Part shown: one piece after another, positions 23,506 to 36,332 of the stretch
Numbering within the stretch: position 1 is the stretch's first letter
Layout: the number at the start of each line of letters is the position of its first letter
Source of the DNA: Curvularia clavata
Taxonomy: Eukaryota
Assembly: GCA_023920165.1 (NCBI GenBank)
Contig: CP089276.1
Location: forward strand, 2,046,001 to 2,110,000
Direction: 5' to 3'
Length of the DNA: 64,000 nucleotides
The notes under the pieces: generated by a model
What the model was told of the DNA's origin: nothing
The model's database searches: none
The model's input: only the letters and a program-made list of their open reading frames with translations
Position numbers and translations under genes: made by a program

Positions 23506-24602
23506 GCGGTGTAATTAGCTGTGGCTTCTGGCAGGCATGGTGTAAGACTGTAGCAGGCTCGGCGTTGGCAGGGGATTCTTTGTTTTCATTCGTTCAAGGC
23601 TGCTACAAATCGCCTTGATAGTTTATTCGGGAAGGTTACTGGGTGGCGTCCTGAGAATATTGCATTTCACATTGTCTTCCGGGACGTAGTTGGCCCCCCT
23701 TTCCATGGGGAGCCTCATGTACGCCTAGGTATATAAGTCGGCATCCAGATTGATACCAATAAGTCCAAGTGTGTATTGTTCGTGATGATAAAAACAGGTT
23801 CACAGATGGTATAGTGACAGGCTCCATGCTGGCGAAAGAAATTTAACTGGCGCAACGTGACTCAGTTGGGCACCATGCTGGGCGTGGACATGGTCATCAG
23901 GAAGCCAGCATGTGTCCAATGCCATGTTGGCTTGCAGGAAAAGGCTACTTTGAGTGCCAAGAGAGTTTTTGGCAGGCTAAGCGATGCTGTGGTCTTGATG
24001 GAAATGAAGATGAAGTCAGACTCGGCTCTGCTTGGATGCGGTACATACGCGTCCCCGAATCGCTGCGGCCGCGGGACCCCTGGGGCGAGGCAGAGCCACC
24101 TGCACAACGTAAGCATGTCGAAACCATTTGCGGGATCGAGATGATGCGTATGTACGTATTGCTGAGCGAGCAGGGGGGACGCGAAATGAGGTTGTGCACG
24201 CGGCCCAGGCGCAGGAAGCCCATCATGGATCCTTGCGGGTCATACGTCAAGCCGGCATGGTCGGCGGGGATTGCGTCACTCAGCCACAATGCACTGCGCG
24301 CCGACTTCTCGCTGCAGTCTCGGCCGGCGGTGGATGCTGCCCGTATTGAGTAGAGAACGGGCGGTGCAGGCCCATTTTGTCCTCTGTCTCGTCCTTGAGC
24401 CCACATCTCCACACTGCACCAGCCTCAGACGCAGCCACAGGCACGACGACGTGCAGTTCCACGTCTCTAACACGCGCCGCCTCACTCCGCCAAAACCTTA
24501 AAGCCTACACGTCCATACTGATTCCTAGACGGGCTCTTCTTTTGCTTGTCTCGTAGCTCCTTGGCCCGTTGTCGACACCTTGCAGTAGTAGGTAGTATTA
24601 AT

Positions 24603-27600
24603 ATGAATTCGGTCATGCCCACCGATTCGGACACCCCGCCTGCCATTCAGCTCAACGGCGCGACAGAGCCCACCACCATGAGTCCTCAGACTACCACTGG
24701 CCATCTCAGCGAGCCAGCGCGGCCAGCTATGCCCACACGAAACGACACGAGCTACTCCAAATTCTCAGTCTTGTCTGTGCCGCCCGAGGGTTCCATCTTG
24801 ACTGGCAAGCAGGAGCATTGTAAGCGCCTCCTTCCAAAGCACATAATCATTGACCTGTGTCTGACCAAAACATACAGACCTCAAGCGCGAACTCATCTCT
24901 CGACAAACAAAGTTCGAAATTTCAGAACTCTCCTCTCCTACAGCCTTGAGGCGCTTTGGCGCACCCTTTCGTTCCGATGCAGGTGAAGTTGCGCCCGAAG
25001 ATTCCGAGCTACCCCTCCTCCGCTACATCTTTGTCAACCATGTGCGAAATTTCCCGTTCCTGGACAAGGCCAAGGAGAAGGAGTTCTGGCAGGACAAACT
25101 CCAAGTTGTACGTCGCATGAGGTCATAGTCGGTGGACATGGGAACTGACACTGGTGCCAACTATAGTTTTTGGAGTCGTTCGCGAGCAAAGACATTTCGT
25201 CCTCGGAAGACCGTCTAGAGGAGACTAAGAGGAGGAAACTGGCGCTCAAGGCCGAGAAACTGGTCGAACTCATGATGGTCTCCGGAATTCCGACTGCCTC
25301 GGGCTACGAAGAGAGGATACGCTTTGCTGAGATGGAGATTGTAGACCGACAAGCCAACGAGAAGGGCCTCACAATGAACGCACCAAGCGGCCACTCTATC
25401 AATGGCTGGGATGTGAATGTTGCAGGTGTTAGAACAACTTCAGTGAAGAGACACCTTCGCTATCACACACATGCGGTAAGTCAATATCCATACACTACAG
25501 TATACGTCTAATACGGAAACTCTAGGAGTATATCATACGAGTTAGACAAGGTGATGGTCAAGACATATACATTGGTCGACGATATGCCGATTTTGTTCAA
25601 TTGCACAAGCGGATACGCCTGGAACTTCCCGGCAAGGTTCTTGCCCCACTGCCCCGAAAGAACGCAAAAGACGGGATCCTACAATCATACGCTGATGATG
25701 ACGACGATGTTAGCTCTGTCTCTTCGGAATCTACTCAAGGACCGCCTCCTGCCGAACCAAATGAGAGCAGCGGCGGTGGTGGCCTTAGGAGCTATATCTT
25801 TGGCGGCGGACACAAGAGGAATGCATCACAAAGCTCGCTAGGAAAGCGTTCGCCGAGGAATTCAACTGACTATTCCTCATACAAACCCCCCCGCAAGCTG
25901 TACCGAGAAGAGCAGCGTGTTTCTCTTCGTGCCTTCCTCCGATCGTTCCTGCACAATGAGCGAATCGCACATTCAAATGCCATGGCCGAATTCCTCACAC
26001 GCGACCCCATAGAGGTTAACGAAGAAGAAATGGAAGACATTCAGAGGCGTGAAGAAATGGACCAGAGACGCATAGAAGAGCAAAAGCAATTCTACGAAGT
26101 TGCGCGACAACGTGCAGCAGAGCTCGATATCCACATGGAAAAGTTCAGAAGAGAGATAGTAGAGAGCAATGGACTTTCTCATCTATTCCAGGAGATCAGG
26201 GTCAAGAACAGTATCAGGGAGCTTAAACCTGAGTATCAAAAGTTTGCCGAGTGGCTGCGGATAGAAGTTGCGGCCACTCTCTACCATCTATTCCTAGCGG
26301 AAGACAATTCCCCAGAGCTTTTTGCCCAGGCGAAGCGGATACACTCTCTAGTACCATACGGTGTGCTGAAAAACGTCATCAGGATCGCCAACCCTGCTGC
26401 CGTTATGAGTGGAGTCCTGGATCTTTTCTTAGCACAGCCTTTTGGCGCACGATCGTTGTTGCAACGCATATTTGGTATGGCCATCAATGATGGTGTTAAC
26501 TCTGTGCAAAAGACCATCACCACTCTTGCGGCAACAAAAATCAAAGATGATGTGCTCTGTGACAAGATCAAAGCCTACGTACAAGCCGATGAAGGGGTTA
26601 AGGAAGTCATCCGCCAGGAAGCTGCAAACGACAATGTGGACGTCGTGGTGACAATACTACGATCCGAGTTCTTTCAGCCGGAGCTGAGCCCGCAGCAGGT
26701 TGAGAAGGTGTTTAATGCTTACGTTGCTTGGAACAACGCCGTCGAAAATGTGAGATCGAGACACCTCAGTCGAGCAACTAGCCGGCGCAGCACTTCCAGC
26801 ATATCTACTAACGCGACCGATCAGGTCGAAAAGGAAATGCGCGCAGGTGCAGAGCTCTTTGCTCACCTAAAGCAATACCTCAAGCTGTGTCTACGACAAA
26901 GAGATAAGCTCATGATGCTTCAGATCATTGAAGAGGTAAGTTTGCTTGAAGCATGTATCACGACAACAGTAACTGACGGATGCTAGCCGACAACACTGCA
27001 ATTGTTCAGGGACTTGTTCACCATCTTCTACGAGCCCTTGGTCCGCGTCTACAAGTCTGCGAACGTTTACAATAGTATTACTGACTTTGCCCTCTTCGTT
27101 GATGATACCATCAAGACTATTGAAGCCTGCCAACGACAGGAAGTCTCAGCAGACCCCAATCAAACCGTGCAAGCATTTATTGACCTGTGCGCTCGCCACG
27201 AGGACAACTTCTACAAATTTGTGCACGAAGTACACAAGCATGACAATGGACTTTTTGATCAACTCATGGGGTGGCTAGAAGGCATCCTGGACTTCTTGCG
27301 TCATGGTCCGGGAAGCGGCGGGAAGCTTGACATGAATGCACTGTTCCAGGGCGCTATAGATTCAAAATTGATAGACAAGGACAAGGCAATCCGCGAGATC
27401 AATACCCTGATCAAGTGGCAAATGGCCAGGAAGAAGTGGCATCAAGACAAGACGAGACAGAAGATGGCGAGCGGCGATGAGCCTGATCCACTGATGGGTG
27501 GCATTGCCGGCTTCAAATCCAGCGACTTTGGCCTGAATCCGGTTTGTCTCACCAACTCGCGTACTTTGGGCTTGTGTACTGACGTGACTATGCAGATGGA

Positions 27601-27826
27601 CCTACAAGACCTAGAGCTCGATGACAATGGTAGCGATTCAACCGATTCGGAAGACATGGACGATGCAGACGTTGCGGACCCGATTGAAGCAGAGCGCAAG
27701 AGCAGAGCCCGGGCTGCAGAAAAATTACGAAGGAAGGCCGGCGAGCCCAAGAAACCGCCTATCGTCGAGCTGTATAAGCTCAGCGACGGGTTCAACAGCA
27801 TGCTCCGCAATGTGCTTGCATCCTGA
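24603..27826 (+). CDS. PX-domain protein of the YPR097W/Lec1-like family (PX-associated + PX + C-terminal helical domain); 7 exons
   Basis: LTGKQEH|YLKRELI and FVNHVRNFPFL N-terminal motifs, PX core IGRRYADFVQLHKRIRLELPGKVLAPLP, and REEQRVSLRAFLR. Introns 24820-24877, 25108-25166, 25476-25525, 26750-26824, 26936-26986, 27542-27595 are all GT..AG with branch points. The start could be 24616. Confidence 0.82.
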
Positions 27827-28419
27827 GCTGATGACAGCCTTGTCCGGAGCCATCAGGACGATTTCCGTCGCATGCGTACTTACTTTCTCAGATTCTATTA
27901 GAACTCTAGAATTAGAAAAGTCTTAATAAAATAATTGAAAACATGTCATCAGTGCTTTACATGGATTACTCGTGTATCCATATGGTGGCGCAGCGCACCG
28001 CCACTCAATCTAGGAACGCGCCTGCCGGATGGACGCTAGCGCGGCTTCAGCCCGGAGCTAGCAATCAGTCGCATAGTTGTCCTTTAGTGTCAGCCGAAGT
28101 GTCGCAACGTCCACGCGTTGAATTGCTTACCCTTTTCTCTTTTCTGTACGATGATCCTGTGGGTTTGGCACAGATAGTGCTGCTTTTCATTCTTTCTCCC
28201 TTCTTGACTTTCCGAGCACCGTCAATTGCCCTTGCATTCCCGATTAAACTCGGTCGGACGTTCAAGGCACGACTACTCGAGAGCCACTGGGTAGGACCCT
28301 TTGCACCCCACCATCTCGCCTTAACCTTTCATACTCGGAGGGCGTCGCAACCGTGACGTCGATTCCATTGCCTGGAAGTCTCTGCGTTCACGACTATTCT
28401 GCAGTGATAGCCTGCCATC

Positions 28420-29869
28420 ATGCCCGCCAAATCGCGATTCACGAGGCTAGATGCCTTTACCAAGACCGTCGAAGATGCGCGCGTCCGCACAACGTCTGGA
28501 GGAATTGTCACAATAGTGAGCCTGTTGGTCATCTTTTGGTTAACATGGGGTGAGTGGGCCGACTACAGGAGAGTCACAATCAGGCCAGAATTGGTGGTAG
28601 ACAAGGGAAGAGGTGAGCGCATGGAGATTGCGCTGAACATTTCGTTCCCGCGTGTACCATGCGAACTGCTCACGCTTGATGTTATGGATGTCTCTGGAGA
28701 ACTTCAGATGGGTGTTACACACGGTATCAACAAGGTGCATTTGAGCCCGGAGAAGGAGGGTAGCAAAGTCATTGCGATTAAGCCCATGGATTTGTAAGTG
28801 TACCTGGACCTCGACCCTTGTAGGCAAAGTAGATGTAGAGGACAGAAGCCAATACTAACTGCGTTTCTAGGCACGCTAACGAAGCATCTCACATGTCCCC
28901 CGACTACTGCGGCGAATGTTACGGCGCACCTGCCCCCTCCAACGCAAAGAAACCCGGCTGCTGTAACACCTGCGAGGAAGTGCGCGACGCCTACGCTTCT
29001 ATATCTTGGTCATTTGGTCGCGGAGAAGGCGTGGAACAATGCGAGCGGGAACATTACGCGGAGCGCCTCGACGCAGAGCGCCAGGAAGGATGCCGTCTTG
29101 AAGGCAGCATTCGTGTCAACAAAGTTGTCGGAAACTTCCACATTGCGCCCGGAAAGTCTTTCTCTAACGGCAATCTACACGTGCATGATCTAGAAAACTA
29201 TTTCAAAGATGAATATGCGCATACGTTTACGCACAGGATTCACCAGCTTCGCTTTGGCCCTCAGCTGAGCGATGTTGTTGTGAAGGGCATCCAAGACAAG
29301 CACCGCAGCTCTGGTCCTGGCAGCTGGTCGAATCACCACATCAATCCCCTTGACGACACCGAGCAACATACCGACGAAAAGGCCTTCAACTTCATGTACT
29401 TTATCAAGGTTGTCTCGACAGCTTATCTACCCCTTGGCTGGGAAGACGCTGCTCCCCGCTCCTCCAAGCACGAAGAGCTCCTTGGCTCTACCATTGACGC
29501 CTCGTACAAGGGAAGCATTGAGACACACCAGTACTCTGTAACAAGCCACAAGCGGAACCTGAAGGGCGGAAACGACGAACAAGATGGCCACAAGGAAAGG
29601 GTCCACGCCCGTGGCGGTATTCCAGGTGTCTTCTTCTCTTATGTAAGTTGCACCCCGTCCTCCAGCAGACTGATGAAATGTAATGACTAACATATGCACA
29701 GGACATCTCTCCAATGAAGGTTATCAACCGCGAAGTCCGCGAAAAGACCTTCTCTGGCTTCCTTGTCGGCCTGTGCGCTGTTATTGGCGGTACGCTTACT
29801 GTCGCTGCAGCTGTGGATCGCGCCCTATACGAGGGTGTCAACAAGATCAAGAAGATACATTCACAGTAG
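28420..29869 (+). CDS. ERV46: ER-derived vesicle protein Erv46 (ERGIC3 family); 3 exons
   Basis: LDAFTKTVEDARVRTTSGG, PCELLTLDVMD, YCGECYGA...CCNTCEEVRDAY, EGCRLEG...NKVVGNFHIAPG, GGIPGVFFSY|DISPMKV and a C-terminal TM helix. Introns 28794-28870 and 29643-29701. Confidence 0.95.
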
Positions 29870-30758
29870 CCATATCTCTCATTTAAACCGCACAAGAAGT
29901 ATAGGGCAAAGGCCCGTCCTTTACTGCATCCATGCAAAGGTTGTTTTGACTGGGGGTGTTTTTGGCGTTATCTTTGATTTGTTAGCTTTAAGAGAGCTAG
30001 AGCTGTGGACTACACATAAAAAAGGCCCCGTAGGTGTTGAAAGGGGGGCTCAGGGTGTGGGTGGGTGGGTAGAAGTATGCCGTAGGGTAGAATTTTTGCT
30101 TCCTGGTATGGGAAGAAGTGGGATTTGTATTATTTAAGTTTACCAATTTCAAGAGAAAAGAACAAGAAGAAGTACATTTGTAGAATTGCACTGTTTCCTG
30201 TGTGGTTGCTGTTGGGAAGGTGTTTGTTCGTATGATGACCTGTTCCAGTGTCCACATTAGAGAACAGAGAGTTCAGTTATGTAATGTAGGGGTTTGCAGG
30301 GGGCAGGGGATAATTGGCTTTTGGATTGACTCAATCAAATGCCGAATACATCATAATCACGAAGAAAGTGGTTGGTTTAGTTGACCAGAAAATATCTAGG
30401 CTACAGCTATTATGTAGTTGCCTGGCTGCCTGAACAACAAGGCTGTCGTGGGAAGCGACGTTATGGTTTAGCTCTTGGCTTTATACAAACCAAGTAAAGA
30501 CAGTCTATTCTGCGCCACATATCTGTAGAGCAGACCGAACTAGATTCCAGATAGTGTACAAGCGTGGTAGCACATCGTGGTTTGATGTCGGGGAGTCATG
30601 TGTTTCAACCAATAGCAAGCGGCGTCGCAGGTTAACATGTGGCTTGGCGCCGCACGGTCTGTCAGCCTTTATATATGGCTCCACCCCAGTTATCCCACTC
30701 CCACGTCCACCTAATTCTCAATACACTCATCACTATCGCTGGAATCACTCCGAGGACG

Positions 30759-31715
30759 ATGAACGACCAACCCCGAGGACGTGGACGAGGCCGCGGTCGC
30801 GGCCGTGGCAACTGGAGCGTCACTTTTACCCCCCAGAATAATGACGGCGATCAGATGATGGTCGATGGCGATTCCTCGCGGGGGCGAGGCAGGGGACGAG
30901 GACGAGGACGGGGTTTTCGAGGCGGTCCAAATCACTTCCAACACAACAACAATCATTCACGAGAGCCGCCCATCGACATTGAAAAAGTCAAGTCAAATCC
31001 AACCTACCCGCTTATGGAAGGCTTTCTCGGGCGCCGCTACGATGCAGCAAACAAGCTTCTCAACCTCTCCACCATTGCTAGCGATCAGGAAATCCTTAAA
31101 TCTGGCATGTTTTCCTCGGAAGGGGCCCAAAAGAAGTTTTTTCCTGCTCTCATGATCGTCTGCGATGCTATCCTTGAGACACAGGAAGCCAAAGAGCAAG
31201 CTGTTCACAGCGTCACACTGTCTGGAAACAATCTCCAGAACACTCATGCAGTTTACCAACTCTGCAATCACTTTCGCCACATTCAGAACCTGGACTTGAG
31301 CAACAACGCTTTCGCAACGCTCGACGCACTTAAGCCATGGAAGGGTCGCTTCCGAAACGTTGAACATCTCATAATCGATTCGTTTCCCTCGCCAAACTGG
31401 GAAGAAGAGATCATCTCGTGGTTTCCCAAACTCAAAATCCTGAACGGCAACCAAGTACGCCCTAATGCGGCGCCGGGAGCAAACGCACAACAACAAATAC
31501 CCCAATCCAATACTCCAACACCCGCACCCGCACCCGCAATCACAGATCCAGAGCAGCAGCGAAAAGAAGAAATGATTCTCTATGTACAGCGCGAAACTAA
31601 TCTCACGCGCGACTACGCCATTCAATGTCTGGAAGCGGGGCAGTGGAACCTCGAACAAGCGGGTATTTTGTTTGCTCAAAGCCGGGACTCTCTACCACCA
31701 GAAGCTTACAACTAG
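30759..31715 (+). CDS. Short Mex67/NXF-like protein: RG-rich N-terminus, LRR, TAP-C/UBA; NTF2-like domain absent; single exon
   Basis: FLGRRYDAANKLLNLSTI, KFFPALM, VHSVTLSGNNL, IQNLDLSNN, FPKLKILNGNQVR match the Mex67 LRR. QRETNLTRDYAIQCLEAGQWNLEQA...LPPEAY matches TAP-C. A TATA-like TTTATATAT sits about 85-90 bp upstream of ATG 30759. Confidence 0.8.
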   Translation: MNDQPRGRGRGRGRGRGNWSVTFTPQNNDGDQMMVDGDSSRGRGRGRGRGRGFRGGPNHFQHNNNHSREPPIDIEKVKSNPTYPLMEGFLGRRYDAANKLLNLSTIASDQEILKSGMFSSEGAQKKFFPALMIVCDAILETQEAKEQAVHSVTLSGNNLQNTHAVYQLCNHFRHIQNLDLSNNAFATLDALKPWKGRFRNVEHLIIDSFPSPNWEEEIISWFPKLKILNGNQVRPNAAPGANAQQQIPQSNTPTPAPAPAITDPEQQRKEEMILYVQRETNLTRDYAIQCLEAGQWNLEQAGILFAQSRDSLPPEAYN

Positions 31716-32720
31716 GTTTTGCCTGCTTGCGAGTGTAGAGAGATCGAAATGTGCACTGTCCATTGAAGCAAGGAAAGGTTTGATCAAATAGGGGCGTCGC
31801 GAAGAGTGTAAGACGACTGCCTCTTTACCACGACAATGAAACCCCAACGGGAAAAGCCAGCTGTCCCTACCTTCATCAAACATCTATCACAACAATCTGT
31901 GCTACAAATGGAGCTGGATCTCGTAGCACACTGCAAATGGGACCTTCGACACGACAACCATTGGGCTCACCACTATTCATACTATCGCAAATAAAAATCA
32001 CCGCCACTCAGCAAACCCTGCGAAATCCCTACCGTAGGGCCCCGGACACATACACACGGCAAAGCGCAGTGTATTCTTCATTGTTTTCCTGTTTTCTTTA
32101 CTCGTTGCCACAGCCTTTTATACATCCAGGGTCTTTTGCACAACACAGGAAATTGATCATCCCACGGTTGTATCACGTGGCACAGAACTAGGAGGGCGAG
32201 AGCAAGTTAGAGCATAGCACGGTGTTTGTATATCTTTTATTGTTGTTTCCGCTGTCAATTGTGAGAGAGAAAAAAGGGGGGACAGGCACGCTCTGCTATG
32301 CGGAGATATCGTTATGGAGCGATGGGAGGTGGCTACGGGCTAGATTGGACGCATGGCCAGGAGGTGGTTGCAAAGGAAATAAAAATCATTTGTATAGATG
32401 GGAGAAAGCGATTCAGACCCATGAAATGGAATATTTCGTCATGATATCTTCTTTCTGGTATTCATGTGCATCATGACGTGACAGATTTTATTTTCACTCA
32501 AAATGCGCTTTGAAATGGATTTTTAACAACAATCCATCACAACTCGCACATCACGTTTCACTATGTTCAGAAGAAAGACTTGTATAGTAGAAGAAATCTG
32601 CTCCAGGCATCCAAGCCGAGCATCATGAGAATCAATCATTCGTCGAATATACTTTGTGAGGGACATCGCTACTTTCCAAAACAATATGAACAATTCGAAA
32701 ACAACAGAATAAATAATCGC

Positions 32721-35265
32721 TTAATGACTCTTCCTCTGCACATTAGCCAAAGCACTATTAAGCGCAGCCGTGACATCAACGTGGAACAATGGCCTATTCA
32801 GGCCCTGGACAACCGCTATTTTGCCCCTATGTCGCGCGTCTTGCCCAGCTTCGTATGCCTTGCTATGCTCGAGCTGTTTGTTCAGGCTGCCCGTTTCCGA
32901 GCTGGCGCCTGAGACATCTGCAGCCCATGCAGCCTCGATATCGTTGTTTCGAACCTGCGATGTTGTGCGGCGAGCGAGAAGGTTCTCTTGCGCCTCTGCT
33001 TGTGCGGCAGCCGAGTCTGAACCACCAATCTCGGCGACACTGAAGACTGGTTTCCATCGGTGTGTGATGCCGTTCTCAGGTGTCTCTGGTGTGTAGTAGC
33101 CGAAGCCAGCGGCGGCAAGTGAGCGCTTGGTCCAGCGGTTGTTGATGTTGCAGAAGTGCCAATCAACGGTGTCGGGAGCGGCGTATTTGTCAAGCTGATT
33201 CCTGACATCAATCAAGTTTTGGATCGCAGTAAGGTCGACATTGTTGACTGAAGAAAAGTCGAGGATGATGGCCTTGAGTGTCGGTCGGTCGTCCGGTGCT
33301 GCCGACTCCTTTCCGCGCCGTGGGCCAGGGTCATTCCATGGGCGATCGCCTATCCTGTCGTAGGTTGCCTGGTTTGTACGACGTGTCTTGGCAAATATGG
33401 TGTTGGTGAGTTCGTCGAGATAGTGGTTTGCGTTGGGATAGTTGAAGCCTTCACTGAAACGGTAGATGAAGATACCTGGGTATGGGTCCTCTAACTCGAT
33501 CGTTGGGTTGGATCCATCCTTGTGATCGATGGGCAGGAAGACTTCGCGAATGGAGTGCTCTCCCTCGGCCGGCTTCTGCCTTGAAGTGGGCGGCTTCTTG
33601 TCGTCATCCGTGGGATCAAGAAGATGGTCACCAACGACGGAGTGAATCTTAGCTCGTCCCATGAAGCGTCCCCTAGCTTTGAACAAGCGGAAGGCGAACA
33701 TGCCAGCAGATACAGACACAGTGACGAAGATACCATTCTCAATGCTGGAGAAGACAGTGACCAGAACACCGATGAAGAAGATGATAACTTCAAGTGGCGA
33801 GATTCTCCAGAACTGATATACAGTGTTTGGTGGTGTAATCAGGTCAAGCACAGCGTGAATAATGACCGCTGACAGTGCCGCATTCGGAATGTACCAGAAC
33901 ATGGCTGGGAGGGCGTAGATGGCGAGCAACACTACTACGGCGGTAATGACACCTGCGAAAGGAGTGCGCACTCCAGCCTTGGACTTGATGGCAGTGCGAG
34001 AGAAGGAACCAGTTGCAGGATAGGCCCCGAGGAAAGGACCCAGGCAGTTTGATACACCGATAGCTACCAGCTCCTGTGAGGGGTTGATTACGTAGTTGTT
34101 GACCCTGCCGAAGGATTTGGCGATAGAGATGTGTTCGATAAGAAGCACAATTACAGTGGAAGGCAGCTCCGTGGCAAAGGACTTGATGATAGGGATCGTG
34201 ACCTTCGGTACACGAGCGTGCTGGAAACCTCGGGGAACGGTTCCTAGAGTAGAGATGATAGGCTTGGTGCCATTGGCCTTGTGTGATCGATTCACCAGAT
34301 AGCTGAACAGAATGTACAGTAGGATGACGAATACCGTGCGCAGGGTGTTCAGGAAGAAGAACAGCTTAGCTTTGCCTGGGAAACGTTTCGCAAGTCGGCC
34401 ACAGCCGTATCGGATCGCGTACAAGAGGAAGAGACATGTAAGGCCGAAGGCAGCGTTGAGATCGGTGCGTCCAAGGTGCTTCAGAGAGTTAATGACGACT
34501 TTGTACGTAGGGTCCCTCGTTGAGAAACCCTTGATTCCCATCATAGTCGGGAACTGTCCAGCAGCAATGCTAAGGGCAGAGCCGGTCATGAAGGCGGAGA
34601 TTGCAGGTAGAGAAATAAGGTCGACGATCCAGCCTAACCTGATGAGACCGAGGAAGAGGACAATCGAGCCAGCAATGATGGCCAATGAAGATGCAATCAT
34701 GTCTCTTGAGATGTCTTGGCCAGCCAGTTTCTTCTCTGCTGATAGCACAACGCTGCCAGTCACTGTAGAAAGGACGGCGACTGGACCGATGGTGATATCT
34801 TTCGAGGTAGCGAAGAACCAGTAGATGAGTACACCCATGAACGACGAATATAATCCGAACTCGACGGGAAGCTCTGCAAGCTTTGCGTAGGCCATGCCCT
34901 GGGGAACGACAACTGCACCGACCGTGATACCTAAACGAGGTCAGTGTTTTGATGTCCAGATTGCAATGTGTTGACATACCAGCAACAAGATCTCCGATTA
35001 ACCATTGTAAATTGTAGCGACCTATCCAGTGAACAAAAGGGAACAAGCTGTATAGGTATTCGGCAAATTCTCGACTGCTAGGAATGACTTCCTGAAGCCA
35101 CTCCCGCGCGGTAGGTTCTTCCTCAACATAGACGTCGGCAGAGTCGACGGTAAACACGCTCTCTCCTCGTGTAACACGGTCCGAGCCGGTTTCGTTCCGG
35201 TAATGCAGATCGATGCCCAGGACCTTTGCCAGGCCATGGCCAACTTTGTTGGCCGTAGAAGCCAT
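32721..35265 (-). CDS. SulP/SLC26 sulfate permease with STAS domain; 2 exons
   Basis: Intron 34931-34979 joins GDLVA|GITVGAVVVPQGMAYAKLA. Motifs ATSKDITIGPVAV, EHISIAKSFGR, ATGSFSRTAI and STAS IILDFSSVNNVD. Sul1/Sul2/CYS-14/SB-like. Confidence 0.95.
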
Positions 35266-36324
35266 CGTTAATTGGATGTTACTCCAACTCGACCGCAGTG
35301 GTGTACCGGGTCAGCACGGGATTGCCAAGTACTTGGGGTCCAGTATCAGAGGTTTGACAAGATCGAGAAGGTTTCAACAGATGCGACAAGAGTTTATCAG
35401 ACGCTTGTCCAAAGCTTGTCTCCCAGACAGCGGGGGAAGGGGGCAATGTATACAAGCACGGCGTGAAATATCGATGGCTTTGTGCCAATCACAAGTGGTG
35501 TGGCGGGAGCGAAGCTTCAAGGGCAGCTTGCCAATGTAGGCGTTGTCCGAGGAAGTTTGGTGTACGTAGGACGGGAGCCCTGGCGGCGCCTCGATATTAC
35601 TTGAGCTGGTGCGCAGATTGCGTGATCGCTTTGACCAAAAAGGGTACCCAAAGATGTAAACAGAGGTGGAGCTGGTCAAATTACGCGACCGGCAGATGCA
35701 CAGTCTACCGGAAGCCAAAGCAATATGGTCACGCCGATGACGGGAGAGCCAGAAAAGACAGGGAGAATGGTTCTAGACAGCGCCCGCTTGGGTATAAGTT
35801 TGAGACAAGTGACATGCCATGGCTGAACATGCCGCCCAGATCTACCAGAGGCCACAAGCAACAGTGACGCCTTTGGTCGCATTTCCTGCGTCGATATGGG
35901 TCGAAGTTGCAAGGGTGTGCGGGCAAGTGGACAGGGATGGTGGGTGAAGGATGTGATAGTTGGAGCTGGGTCGCACTAGTACCCAATAGAAGTGGACGGG
36001 CCCCGTATTGCGTGCTCGGAAGCATAGATGTCGACTTCGGCCTCCGAGCAAAGCGAAGGCAGCTTGGGTGTATCTTAGGCAGAGCTTCCACACTATGGCA
36101 CCGCGTGCTTCAGCACAGTGTCGGTTAACGTGTCCTCGAGCAACGTGCTTTTCCGCGGGTCTGTGTAGCCTTTGCCACATAGCTGGCTGGCGGACTCGGT
36201 CGTGCAGGCTGAACTCGACGACGCACAAGTAACTCCAAATCGTTAGGACACTGCTCTTACAAATCTGAATTGTGGCACATTCTCTCTAGTGAATGCCGAG
36301 TTCACAGGATCGTAGCATTGTAGC

Positions 36325-36332
36325 TGACGTCA
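36325..36332. promoter_or_regulatory. TGACGTCA (CRE-type bZIP site; resembles the CYS3/MetR consensus ATGRYRYCAT) about 1.06 kb upstream of the sulfate permease
   Basis: Exact palindrome in the permease 5' intergenic region. Function is inferred only. Confidence 0.3.
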
